This document shows positions 41,401-55,325 of a stretch of DNA of 64,000 nucleotides, piece by piece. Below the pieces are notes generated by a model. It ran no database searches and was not told the DNA's origin. It worked only from the letters and a program-made list of their open reading frames with translations. The position numbers and the translations under genes were made by a program. The stretch is from the NCBI GenBank assembly GCA_000165425.1, contig CT867997.1:248001-312000 (forward strand). The letters run 5' to 3'. Within the stretch, counting starts at the first letter, position 1. Each line of letters opens with the position of its first letter. The DNA comes from Paramecium tetraurelia. Lineage: Eukaryota.

Positions 41401-43081
41401 GCCAAAATAGATGCTGAGTTTAGAAAGATTAAAAAAGGAATATATCAATACTTCTCTGATTTAATGTCCTTATCAAAAAGGATTGAGATCAGGAGTATCC
41501 AAGTCATTGATTGAAGAATATGTGGAAATCTAAAAGAATTATCGATTCTCTTAGATTGGCTTCATTGAATAAGCCATTACTTAGAGTAAAACCAATATCA
41601 CTTTCCCCAGATTTGTTTTATTTTCTGATCATTTTGGTGAAATAAACTTGGGAGTTGCTCTCTCTTAAGACTACTTAAACGATGACATCTATGATTAAAA
41701 CTACGTTCTCAGACCTTCAGAGATAAGTACATTATCAATTATATAATAGCATAATTTAATTTTAGTATTTTAACAATCCATTCTGGAAATGAAGATGAGA
41801 AACAGCAAAGGAGGTATAAGAAAATTTACTTACAATATTAAACATAATTCTTAGAAAAAAAGAAAGAAAAGCAAAGAAACAATTAACTGAAATCTAATAG
41901 GGAATTTTATTATATCATTAATAATGTAACCGAAGAGAGCATTATAGACTTTTTGGATGATCAAATTAAGACCTCGAACAAAACTAACTTTTTAAATATT
42001 GAAGTCTATTATGAAGATTATGCCACTTAATTGTTGGAAAAACAATAACAATTTTAAGACATGAAGCAGATGTTACAATACATATATACTCCTTAATAAT
42101 AAAACAATAATAAAAAACGATAGGCTGTGCTTACTAAATTTAAATATAAATTCAAATCTAATAAACAATAAAATGATGAGGAAAATATTGAATAGTTCAA
42201 ATTCAGAGAAGAATAATTGAATGAATTGATTAATCAATAATGTCAATTTTGTGACTTAAAAGATAAACATTTATAACAATTGCAACTCAAAGAGAAATTG
42301 AAGAATGATATGCTTGACATCAAAAAAAAGATTTAAGGAAATGATAATTAAAGTTAAAGTGATTTCAATAATAAATTGAATGCCTTAAAATTATTAGGCT
42401 ATGTAGACTAAGCAGGATTACCTCTAATTAAAGCTAGAATTGCTCGAGAATTGATGGATTAGAGTTCCATTTACATTTGTGAAGTGCTTGTAGATAATAT
42501 CATGGAAACTCTAAAACCTAGTGAAATAGCTGCATTGATGGCAGCCTTTGTCTGTCAAGATAGAAGAAAATTCGATGAGGAATTCGATGAAAGTAACATT
42601 GAAGTTATGCTCCATAAAAAATTTGATGAGATTTCCCTTGAATTAAGTGGAGCTATTATAGCTACATATGTCTTGATCAAAAAGACCATTGAAGAAGAAA
42701 GTACATTATTAAATTGTAATATTTAGTGAAAATGGACGCAGTGGATTCAAAAGACTCAACCGAACATATAAAAAACGTTCTCAATTTTAATTTAACTCAA
42801 GTGTAAGTGTCAAACCCTATATTTTTAGTATCTATTTGTGGGCTTAGGGTTAATCATTTGTAGATGTTTGCTTATAAACTGATATAGAGGAGGGTTCCAT
42901 TGTTAGAACAATCTAGAGATTAGAGAATATGCTTAGAGGTGTAATTAATGCATTTAGAGTTATGGGAAATTTGAAAATGGTAGATAAGGTTGAAAAAGCT
43001 TGTTTATTAATTAAAAAAGATATCGTCTTTGCTGAAAGTCTATACTTTGACTCAAATGCAAAAATTAAAGAGAAAAATTGA
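38472..43081 (+). CDS. SKI2: Ski2-like DExH RNA helicase (SKI2/SKIV2L)
   Basis: [39 protein letters not shown] and the DSHCT end [21 protein letters not shown]. The long N-terminal extension favours Ski2 over Mtr4. Confidence 0.9.
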
Positions 43082-43116
43082 GACATATTAAATAAATAGT
43101 ATTTTTAAATCCATCA

Positions 43117-44218
43117 TCATTTTGTCATGGAAGTGCTAGTAAATGAATAGGATGACTGAATTCCTTATCCTTTTACTTGGTTCAGATTTATAGCTATAAT
43201 CTTAATGAAATCTTACAGTTATACTTTGCTGGTTTATGAAACAAATAGTTAAAGTCTTTCCCAGCAGATTTTTAATGAATATCCTTTCTCTCCTCATCTC
43301 TTCGATTAAGAGCTTTTATTAAAATGATAGATACGTATTTTAAGCAAAGCCGCTAATTAATTGGCATTAAATAATTGGACTTGAGGTATATACGGTTTGT
43401 GGTAGTAACTTTTTGAGCTACTTATAAGCAGAGCTGCCTATTATTAGGATAATGGGGTTTCACATTATTTAATTGGAGAACCATTACTATCAGTTTGCTT
43501 TTTTTTTTGTTATGTATGGGAATTATTCATAATTTCTTTGCCTAATTCAATTGTTGTCTTAGATCTTTTATTCTAAATTTAAATAGGGGGATCATAGCCA
43601 TTTAATTATTTCTCTTAGATCAATAATGATAATAAATGTTAAACCTTTTTAATTTGACTATCATAACTTTACAATTCTTATCTTATCTCCATATTGTCCT
43701 TCTTATAATTTTCATTATCAGATTTTAATTGCTGTAATTCCTCTTTTGTTTAATTGTATGTGTCTAAATTTTCATAATAAATTACTTTGAATTTCTTGGA
43801 TTTCCTTTTCTTAACAATTTACTTTTAGATCTAATTCTTTTAGTTTCTCTTTAACAATTCTCAAATTCTCATGAATCTCTTCTTCTCCTGAATGATTCCC
43901 TATGCGTGAATCGACTTACTAAATTGATATTTTGTATTATTATGATTCTAGCTGTTAAGAGGTCAAAAATGATCCAAACTAACTCTTCTTATTGATTTGG
44001 TTAGAAGACTCTGAGATATTATTATTTTTACATGAATTCTAGATGAGCTTACTATTTACAACAGACTTTTCATTATTCTCTTCCTCTGTTAACATTGGGT
44101 TTTATGAACATTCGAAATCGCACTCTGATTCTTCTAAACGTATCAATTATTCTTATTCAAAATTCGAGACATGACTATTGCTTAGAGGATTGTTAATTTG
44201 AGAATCTGAATCGTTCAT
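43117..44218 (-). CDS. Hypothetical coiled-coil protein
   Basis: Starts MNDSDSQINNPLS. Two 22-23 nt introns near the 3' end give a consistent frame ending SFTSTSMTK*. Confidence 0.72.
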
Positions 44219-45612
44219 AATATACTATAATTATTTATTGAAACAAAAATAGTAATAGTCAACATCTTAATCACAAATAATTTGATTTCATTTGAGAATT
44301 ATCTATAATACTAATCTCACTAATACCTACTAGAAATTTTATGAAAACTATATACTCATTTAAATATTGATTTGAATGTTATATTAGTTGGATATAAAAT
44401 AATTATTTTTAAGCGATCAGAATAATTATTGATTGAAAATTATGTACATAAAATAATTACCTCAAAATTAATTAGGAGATACATGCTAGGTAATATAATA
44501 ACCAACTTTAGGATATTTTTCACCCAAGTATGTTCTAGCGAAGAAAATTTCAATTAATTATACTAAATTAAATAGGCAGATATAAACATAATAAATAATT
44601 CAGCCTGAAGTTTCTTATATTCTCAATTCCAAGTAGAGCCAATCATCAATATCCTTCTCTTATTAATAAAGTTTTTATATCGTTTATGAAAATGAATTTG
44701 TAATTAATTTATTTCCACCATAAAACAAAAAAAGTGATTCTTTTTTTCCAATATATTGTGAGAATCGTTGATTAAATTTATCGAATATTTATTAGACTGA
44801 TATTTGTTCATGTACTAAAATTTTTTTAATTTACAAATCTGCTTTAGGTATTTATTTTTTTTCAGCATCCTGTATATATATTTCAAGAATTATAGGTATC
44901 ATTTTTTCATACCTTTCAATTAGACGAAAGGATTGTTCCTATCTTTATTTGAATGAATTTTAAGTTTTAAATTAGAATTTCATTTAAATTAACTATTATT
45001 CTTTATTATTTTTTTAAATTGAAATGAATTTTAATAATAGAATTATATATCAGAAAATACCATAATAATATTAAAAATTATATTCATATCAACATTTAAT
45101 TACTCAAACAACTTCATTTTTATATCTAGGATAATCATTTCTAATAAATTGATAAATTATTCCTAGCCTGAAATTAGGACCTATACATAAGTTCAAAGAT
45201 ATTGTTAGCTATTTTTTGGCTCTAAAAGTGTTAATATTATTTTAAAGAATTGACTAAATAAGTAAACTTAATTTTTCTGTCCTTCGAAAAGCATTTTGAC
45301 TATGCCATATGAATATTAAAATAATGGAATTTATTTATACCAACATAGTTTTAAAATCAAGTTAGCGCTTTGATTATATTAGATTTATCTTTTTATTTTA
45401 TTTTACATTACAAATCATGATTTAAAGAAAGAGTTATAAGAATAATATATTTGAGCTAATTTCATAATAATTTCAAGATTTTAAGATTATCCAATCTAAT
45501 ATTATCACCTAAAAGTGAGATTTACACTTTTTTTTTACAACATATGACAAAAATAAACTTGACCGATTTTTAATCGTGTCTTATTATTATTAATATATTT
45601 TATAATAAAGGG

Positions 45613-47290
45613 TCAAATTCTTCCTTTTTATTTTAAAAGAGGCAATTTAGGCTAGCTTTCAGATTTATGTTTTAATTTATATATCGTTGAATTTGGTAAA
45701 GGAATTTCTTTGTCTTCAGTATATCCCCATTTTGGACTCTATAACTTTGTGTCAAATTCATTCAAAGCTTTGTGTAGCTTGCTCGCTTTAAGGTTTTAAG
45801 GTTTTTTCACATCATCAACTAAAAGATAAGCCAAATAATACAATTCTTATAAGCATTAATCCTATCAAATTAGGATTTTAACTTCTTGGGACTAGTCTTC
45901 TCTTTTTCTTTAGTATGTTTTTTGGACTATTTCTTGCTTTCATAGATGCTTTTTGCATTAGCAGATTCTGCTGAAGATGAACGATAAGACTTTTTGATAT
46001 CTTCATCTTCCATCATCCATTTGAAATGTTATTCATTTGATATTTTGATATTCCGATCTCCTTCACGATTAATAGCATCATATATTTTCTATTCATATGT
46101 GTCCATTTCCTCAACCACTCCATCTTCTCCATCATCATACTACTTTTTATTTTTTTATTATAAACCATCCACCATTGTTTGATAGTCCCTCTTACTCATT
46201 CTATCAAGAATCTTGTACTCTCCTCCTTCTTTCACATACCCATTGTCAAAAATGATATTCGTACCTTGTTTAGACTAGTATAACTATTCATAAAACCTTC
46301 ATGGCTTCAATTAAAGGAGGTTATTTAGGATATTCAACAGCTGCAGCCTTTTCTAATTTTCTATTTTCGTCATCTCCTTTTGCAAATGCTTCCTTAACTG
46401 GTTTGATTTCAGGTTGTGAGTTCACTTCCCTCATGACTTTCTAAGGTTGATTAGTTTTCGTCTCTGGTTAGAGAATTTCATTAATCTGTAAGTCTATGGG
46501 CCTATTATATATTGAAGGTTTGTACTTTGTTGTAAGAAACACCACTTAACCATCATAATCATAAGTGTACTACTTATTTTTTAATTATTTCAACTGTTCC
46601 TTCTTTTTCTCATCTTATTCAATTTGCTCTTCTTTTATTTTACGCATTCTTTCGTTTTCTTTCTACTTGTCCAATTCTTAATATTCTCTCTATTCACGAA
46701 GTCTTTCTATAATGGCATCAGGAGTTGGAGGCTTTTTAGTCTCTGGCATCTTAATTAGGTTAGGCTTGTATTCTTCTTGAATAGTGGATTAGAGAGTTGT
46801 CATCTATTGTGAAGAACCACCCAATTTATTTATAAGTTTCATTTTGCTTACAGAATTTTAGAACTTCGCAATTGAATTTCTGGAGAACCTGGATGAAGAT
46901 TGACTTCTTTGGGATCTAGCATCATCAAGTGTGTCTTATCCTGTTGATGGTGGTTATGGTTTCACAATCTTTACCCCCTTGGCAGTCATATTATCGATTG
47001 TTTTAAAATGCTACAACATTTTATATAATTAAGTACAGGCTCGTCCTCATCGATCCATTTATTCAAAATAGCATATTTAGATTCACCATGATCAAATGGC
47101 TTTTATTGTTATTTATTTTACATACTAAGAATTCCTATTATACAACTCCACACTGCCAATTCGCTATCACTTCACAATTATATCCAGGTTCTTTCTCACA
47201 TAAGTAATGCTCATAAAGATTTTATCCGCATTTTATTATTAAATAATCGACAGTTGGATTTACAATCTCTACAGTCTCAAAATTTTACAT
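45613..47290 (-). CDS. Hypothetical protein; N-terminal motif weakly resembles the C2orf81/DUF4639 family
   Basis: Spliced PFDHGE..KWIDEDEPHFKTIDNMTAKGV, then low-complexity and coiled-coil regions. Ends KLPLLKQKGRI*. The family call is a recollection-level resemblance only. Confidence 0.7.
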
Positions 47291-48053
47291 TAAATTTGTT
47301 AAAGTATTAAATATATTAAATAATAATTATATAAATTCTATACTTTTCATTTCTTTTCTTATGATTCCTATTTTGTATTGGACTATTGCCTCTACAAAGG
47401 GTACTATTGCAAAATACTGGTTATTTATAAATTTGCATAAGTTATATATCTAATAATCAAGATTTATTAATTACATATTAAATGAAGATAAGGTGAAATA
47501 TACATATCACAAATATTAAGATAAAGTTACACACACACTATTATATTAATCATAATATTGATTCCCTATATTTTGAAAATTTAATTAAAAATTTCTTATG
47601 ATTTAGAATTTTCTATTGCTCAGATATTATTTATTAAGAAATTCAGAAAAATGAAATTAAATAATTCCAGTTGACATCCGCTTTCTTTACTGAGATTCAA
47701 CAATTTGAATCTTAATTTTATCGAATTTAATCAGTCTAGTTGAGTGATTCCCAATTCTTGTTTTGATAATTTAGTTTTTTAATAGGATATTATAAATATT
47801 TAGAATTAGGTATCAATTTATAAAAATGAATAATGTAATTTTTTATTGGAGAATTATTTTATCAAAAAATCAATTAGATATTTTGAGATTATTATAATAT
47901 ATTCTCCTATAAATGGTGATATAATTGATTATATTAAGTTTTATGTTTAGTTACTAATTTTAATTATTAAGTAATGATAATCTAAGTATATAAAGATTTA
48001 GTAGCAACTAAATATTTGATTAATTTTATTTCAAATCTCAAATTGATATTGGA

Positions 48054-48806
48054 ATGTCAGTATCGTAAGAACAAAAGATTACATCCACCTCCAATCTCAA
48101 GGAAGAATAAATCCCCTAAAAAAGGCAGTGCCAATTATCAAATTTACTAAGAAGAAAAGATTATAGATCAGTTGTAAGAATTTTACAAACTGATAACAAA
48201 TCAAGGTTAGGTCATATTCCTATGCTTTAGAACAAACTATCAAAAGCTGAAATACGAAAACTAAATATATCATGTTGGCTAAAATCTTTGCATAAGAGGA
48301 GACAACAGATCTATTTATGTGGCTAAACTCATTAAGATTGTTAAACTGTACGATGATGAAGATAATTGCTTACCTTTCATCAAAGTGCGATGGTTTCGTA
48401 GGAAGACTGAGCTGACGGGTTTATCGAAAGATTGTTTAGATTGCATTTCTGAAAATGAAGTCTTTAAAACAAATGAATTTGACTATATAGAAATAGAGAG
48501 CATTGTAGGACTGGCTACAATTCTGAGTTTCGAAGAATATGATCAAATAGAAGAGCTATATGATAATGTATTCTTTACAAGAGCTCAATATGTAAATGAA
48601 AAGTTATTGCCACCTTTCCAACAATGGAAAAAGGTTTGTATTTGTAAGAAATCAGCTAATCCTGATTTAAAGTAACTATACATTATGACGATAGGTATAT
48701 TTTCTGCGACCTGTGCTAACGATGGTTTCATTTGAAATGCGTAGGATTAAGTTAGGATCAAGCAGAGAAAATAAATAAATATATATGCCCTGAATGTAAG
48801 AACTGA
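48054..48806 (+). CDS. BAH-PHD chromatin reader (EBS/SHL-like architecture)
   Basis: BAH domain (YVAKL..IKVRWFRRK..ENEVF..IESIVG) directly followed by a PHD finger CICKK..NPD..YIFCDLCQRWFHLKCVG..YICPEC. Introns at 48206-48230 and ~48672-48694. Confidence 0.9.
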
Positions 48807-48839
48807 AATTTAGTTGATATTTGATATTTATATACATAT

Positions 48840-49583
48840 TCAATTGACTGATCTGTTAAATAATAATATTGAGTATCTTAATTCAGTTTCTAAATTTTTA
48901 TAATTATAATGAGGTTTTATGTCTTCCTTCTAATATTCTTTGTATTCTTCTTTGCAAGTATAATAATGCAGGTTCAATAAAACTTCAACGGCAATAAACA
49001 GTAAGATTGCCTGAAATGCTCTGTAAGGGAATTAATCTTTTTCCTCTAAATCATCAAATTTGCTTTTAAAAAGAAATTTAATATATTCTAAAAAATTGAA
49101 TTTATCTATGTCGATTAAAACCTCATTATCATCTGGCCATCTTTTCAAATTGAATAAATACTCCTTTCTAAAATTGGATAGCTGCAATAATTCAATCAGA
49201 AAAATACTTTTTAGAAATGAGGCTCGTCCAATATTGATTAATATTTTGGGTCCATTCTTTTCAATTTATTTAAAGATTTGTGATACTAATAAGGATCCTC
49301 TAAGTTTTATCCATAATTATCTATTTTTAATTTCTTTTTTGTAAAATTCTAAAGTACTTTTCTGAACATAAATATTTTATATTAATAAATAATATACCTT
49401 CCTAATTAAAATAATCATAAAATCACAATCAATTTCTTAAGAAATCCTTTTTATTTTAATATATGCTCTCCTTCTTCTAATTGTCAATATATTGATATCC
49501 TTAGCATATTTTAAAGCATTCTTTAAAAAATTATTTTGTTGTTTAAATATAATAGAACTAACTTAAATTGTTTAATCAACCAT
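48840..49583 (-). CDS. Hypothetical protein (start uncertain, possibly decaying)
   Basis: TGA-free frame of >250 codons (..QLWIKLRGSLL..LKRWPDDNEV..FNRSVN*). No recognisable domain; the upstream ATG region is out of frame. Confidence 0.45.
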
Positions 49584-49858
49584 TTTTATGCAGCTATTAC
49601 ATTGATATTGTCGTAAATTTGGAACCTTAGTTATTTAAATGAAAAAACTACATAGTTTAAAATCCTGAGACTCAATAATCAAGATGGTCTTAATAAAAAA
49701 ATCAATTCAATTTCTATCTTGAGATAGTCAATAGAATTATTCATTAAAGAATAATGTATTTCAACCTTAAATTTTGTTCAAAAATAGGATGTTAATATAT
49801 TATGATTTCAGAACGTGAAAACAAAAACAAAAATGATTAAAATTCAATGATTTTGGCA

Positions 49859-50613
49859 TCATTCATCCATTTAGTTCATCAAATCTCTTCGACCCTGTAA
49901 TTTTGCATACTTCAATTAACAGATTTGCTTTTATAATTAATATCTTAGTCTACTTTATCATTTATACTCCATTTATTATTATTGTATTTTTTGAAGAATT
50001 TCAATACAATTTCTGGGGAAATGAAATTGACGAATGCATAACCTAGATTTCCTTCATTCTTATCTGATTAATTAATAATTACATTATTATCAGAGGGAAG
50101 GTAAAGAAAATCAAATTATAGCTTGAAGTCTTTATTTAATAGGTTTCTCAAATCACTTGGTCTCATGTATTTAGGTATATTTTTTAACATTAGAGTGGTT
50201 CTGTCATCACAAAGAATCTCCACTAATAAATTTATAATTACATTCTCTTCCTAAATGTCAAGGTTGTAGTAAAGAGTATTCATTTTTTAATACAATAGGT
50301 TTTGATCACAATCAAATAAAAACTTCATATCAATAAGTTCTTAAATAAGTAATTTTTGGTTATAGAGACTTCCTTCATCAGGCATAAGTAGTTTAAAGTC
50401 TCATGATAAGATTGTGATACCAAATGCACATAAAGAAGCTTCAAACTTCTCATCTTAACTTAGCAATGGCCTTGGTATTTATAATTTCGGCATATATTTG
50501 GATTCAAAGGAGGAATCTTTTGAACTACCAGATGAAGCTGTTGTATTTGCTTATGATGCTCTTCCCTTTTATGGCGTTGAATTGAATGCAATCTCTTATA
50601 TATCACAAATCAT
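49859..50613 (-). CDS. Mei2-like C-terminal RRM (RRM_2) protein
   Basis: DDRTTLMLKNIP..FDFLYLP.D..NLGYAFVNF..W..ICQLKYAKLQG is the Mei2 RRM3 signature. At least three mini-introns. Absent from the ORF track. Confidence 0.9.
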
Positions 50614-51568
50614 TATTAAATATAAATAAATACAGAGGACATCCCTTTATTATTTAGTGTAACTTTTGAAACCAAATGTTTACTATTCAAAGTGTTTTTG
50701 CATTTCCAAAAATATCTAACTAGAATAAACATGTTAAAGACAAAATAAATATTGGTTTAAGGAGGAGAGCGTAGATCACTAAAATAGAATGAATCTAATT
50801 TAAGATTATAGAACTCTCATTATTACTTCAATGAATGTACTAAATGATTAGATTTGCTTTAGATAAATCTTGAAAAGAATTATTTCTAAAGACTTACCTG
50901 TTAGGAACTTTCTCAAGAATTTATTTCTTTTGAATTATAATTGAAATCATATCTATAATTTATTTAATTTGTTCAAAAATAAAGAGTCTTGTGTAGATAA
51001 GGACTATATTTAAGGTATGAATGCCTATTAATAGAATTGATTTGTTTATTGTGGCAATTTTGATTAGATATAAAATTATTCAGGATATTAATTTATATAC
51101 TTGAATATAATTCAAAAGCAAAAACAGATTTCAAGCCTTTCTTTTTCAATTTCAATAATTTATTAAAATATAAGAAAGTATGAAGAGGTTTCTACTGATC
51201 TGGCTATCTAGTTAATTTAATATTTATAGAATTTTTCATTAGTTTTGATTTAAATATGTAAGCTGTTTCTTAGGTAGATTTAAATCATTAAAAATTTCAT
51301 AATTTAGATTTAATTGCAAGCCTTCATTAATTACATATATTTTTCCTTGTAAATTTTAATAAAAATATTATAAAAATTGGAATTCTGAATAATTTCTTAA
51401 GAAAAGTGCCTCATCATTTATTATTTTTATTATCTATTTTTCGAAATTGTTGAGGAGGAGATAGTAAATTACATGTATTTTACTCTGTTATAAATTAGAA
51501 CGATAAAAATAAAATTATATTTAAATATATATTTGTAATTTATATGAATTTGTACAACATCTTGATCT

Positions 51569-53500
51569 TCATTTAAAATGATCTTTAATTTTTGAGGAGA
51601 GTTCATTGCAGGTTTTCTTAGCATCACGCAATAACATATTATCGTTAAGTTTATAGAAACTGGATTGTTAATGGCATTGATTATTTAGCAGCTCAGACTC
51701 TCAATACAGGCATACCTAAAAAATTGAAATACTAAAATATCTGCAATTGGTAAATTTTGGGTTTTCTTCAGCAGCTTAACTGAGAGCGTAATTAGCTCGA
51801 ATAATAAAAGCAAGATCAGTATCAGGGAAATCATCATTAAATTTCTTCCATTTAGAATACAATATCATAAGGAATACCAGCCTCAGCCAATAAGACATTC
51901 AATTATCCAGGCATTCTACCAGGAACTGGATGAATACCAAATCTAACCTTAATTCCTTAGTCAATGAGTGTCTTGCACATGTCAGCAACTGGATATTAGG
52001 CTAAACCATATCCAGGAAGAATGATAATTGATTTACTATTGACCATCATTTCAACAGCATATTCAATATTGATTTCAGTGTGAATACCTTCAACTTTAGT
52101 ATCTTAAATGACTGCAGGATTAACATGATATCCTCATAATACTTGTTAAATTTCTATTCATGAAATTGCACATAATCTAAGAGAGAATAGCACCTGATGA
52201 TCCAACAAATGCTCCAACAATAGTTAAGAATGGATTATCTAACATAAAACCTTCAGCACACAATGCCCATCCTGAATATGAATTCAAACTGTAATTACAA
52301 CTGGCATATCGGCATCACCAATAGCATCAGTTAATGTAATTCCTAAAATTTTGCTAGTAGCTGTTGCTGTTAACAAAGCTGTCATTCCAACAGAAAAACT
52401 ACCTGTTTGATTATGGATTAATAAAAATACACAGATAAGGCTGCCAATGTAATGTTTACTTAATTGTGATAAGGAATAACTGTTGAATTTGAAGGCAATA
52501 GATTTATAATTTAGCTAAGGCAATGAGTGATCCAGTAAATGTGATACCACTTGTGAAAATACCAAAGAAGATTGATAATTTATGAAAAAGTGCAGCTGGA
52601 TCCTCAGCCAAATGAGGGATGCATGTAAATAGTTACCAATAGAAGTTAAGACTGCTGCTAAACCAACAACGAATGGAAGCAGGCAACTAATTAAGATAAA
52701 TCAGTGATTGCAACTCTGGCAGTAACTATACCACTAACAGTAGATCCTAAAATAACAATTGATGTCCATTAAGCTAATAATTCTGGGGAGAATCCTTTAG
52801 ATCCAAGAGTGCCAGCAAAACCCAATCCAACTCCAAAACAACCAAAATATTATCAATTTAAGCTGTCTATTATTATGCTAATCCACCAATAGCTAAAATA
52901 CAAGTGACGGATGAAACTAAATATGAAAGATTTGTCAATGGTTCTTTGGAATTCCATAGTATTGTCCACCATAATATCCAAGTACTCCTGTAGCACCTGC
53001 TAATGCCATTAAATAATTGTATTCAGCAAGGTCAGTTGGTCTTCTAAAATATTAACATTCTTTGTGTGACTAAGAAACCACCTAAAATGTTCAAATTATA
53101 TATTATAATTATATACAGAATACTTTGATTTCTTATTTTTTATGAGCAGATGCAGCTTTAGTTATATCAGCTATTAGAGTTCACTCTTAGATATAATGAT
53201 TGAAAGAGGTGGCTATTTCAATTCTCCATTTAATGTTACTAATGATTGTCTAACCACATCATCATTCAAATTCACTTGAGTCATTTTCCATTTGGATCTT
53301 TGATTGTTCCTACAATGTACTACATCAATTTTTAGATAGTATAAGCATATAATGTTGAACTTTAAGTAGGTAATCTGCTTGGTAAATTAGTGTATCCAAT
53401 GATCCTCATCTGGATAGGTCTCTTTGGGAACACCAAATAAAAACGGTGACTTGGCTTCTTTTCACCTTTACTTGAAAAGCATGATCTTGATGCTTTTGAA
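51569..53500 (-). pseudogene. NNT: NAD(P) transhydrogenase (NNT, alpha-beta fused) pseudogene
   Basis: Recognisable blocks [90 protein letters not shown] and MLL.DAKKTC, separated by multiple frameshifts, an in-frame TGA and large deletions. Confidence 0.9.
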
Positions 53501-53574
53501 TAAAAATATATTCCTATTTATACAACTAATTTTAAACGAAATCTTTGCTATATAATTTATTTTAAATTATTAGT

Positions 53575-55076
53575 ATGAGAACTGCAAATTCAAATTAAGG
53601 GTAATCATCTCTCCCTGATGCAAATGAAATTAATGAGTACATCAAGGAGTATTTGAGATACTCTAGCTATTCCAATACTTTAGAATGTTTTGAAGCAGAA
53701 ATAAAGAGTAAATAGGTTTCCAATAAAGTAGATAATTAAATTCCTATTCTAGATGCTAAATAAATAGTAGGTCATCAAATAAACAGGGGATGATGTGCCT
53801 CGCATATTTTAAATGCTTAAAAGTGATAATGTAAAATCGAAAAGGGAAATCAACATGGAAAAAGAATCAAAGCAATTTAATAAAAAATACCAATAAATTC
53901 TTTAGGCGGGCAGATAAATATTTTCTGTAAGCATAAATTTGTTACAATTGTTGCATTCATTAAAAGAGACTGCTAAAAATGAAAATCTAAGCGAAACCTT
54001 AGAAAACTACAAAATATAATTAGGAAAATACCATAAGGTTATTATAAATGAAGGAAAGCCAGAAGGCACTGAATTGATTACTGAATAAGTGATGCATGAA
54101 CACAAAACTAAACTATTCAAAAACTACCAGGATAAACACGTAGATGGTATGATCGAAGTTTTGCTATCTCTAAGAGTGAATGCATTATAAATTGCACCAG
54201 AATTAAGAAAAAACTTAGTCTATGAATTGATAAGAAATGATGTATTTAACATAGAAGCTACTGAAAAATTCGATTTCGTTGTTCATTTGTTGGATATCAA
54301 TAATCAAAGTCTTCGACATGCAATCACTAGTTTAATTAGTGTAATCAGTAGTACATTGAGAGGGGTCGAATATCTAACGTATAATGGGAATATGATAATC
54401 ATTGAAAAGATCATAAAAATCTTGAAAGAACAGGAAAGCGGTTCAGTAACCTAGAGATTCTGCCTAGCTATTTTATAAAAGGCAAGTATCAAAGACACTG
54501 TCATCCCAACCTATGTTCATAATGAGATGATTTAGTGGATTATTAATCTCATTCAAAAGTCAGTTAATTCTAAAATTCATGTATTTTGTCTTGATTTTGC
54601 CTCTGCTACTTTGGCCAATATTATTCATACTCCATATACATTGCAATATCTGTAAAATTAAGCTCGGTTTGCTTATTAAGTAATGGAGTAACTGCTAAAG
54701 TTTACGAAGGATCAAATATAAGTTTCAGTACTTATGCATGTATTGATTTGTTTGTCGTATTTAAGCAAGGAAAACTTTGCTAAATAGATGGAGGAATGCA
54801 GATTTGTGGATAGAATCAGCGAATTTGTAGAATATTATAGTGTCATTAATACTGGTATAATTGTAAATGATATCTTTCTTAGAAAATGAGGCAGCAGAAA
54901 TTGATAAAAAAACAGTTTTAGATTTGTGCGCTCATATGTTCCATCCAAAGGATACTTCTTTAGACAATTCTGAGACCTTGGAGTTAAATGAACTAAAAAC
55001 TGAAGATCGAATCAGAGAGTACGAGAATGAATAAGGGGAATTGATCTTTGAATGTTTTCAAGATGAAGTTAGTTGA
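53575..55076 (+). CDS. ARMC9: LisH/armadillo protein ARMC9-like
   Basis: LisH domain EINEYIKEYLRYSSYSNTLECFEAE, then ARM-like helices (RGVEYL, SVTQRFCLAILQK.S). Introns at ~53729 and ~54855. Confidence 0.75.
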
Positions 55077-55325
55077 ATATTTATGTTTTTATATGTTTAT
55101 TTAAATTGGATTATTTTATGATGAATTTATTATTTGGTGTTATATCTTATACATTTGTACTATATCGTGGATAATTCGTTTTAGAAAAATCTGAGCTATC
55201 TTCCAAAGATCCAAAATTAATATTTCCGAAATACTTCGCTTCAGGAAATTTATTTTTCTCAATTATTAAACACGGCATGATGCTAAATTTTTCACTAATT
55301 TTTATTTTACCTAATTGTCTAATCC

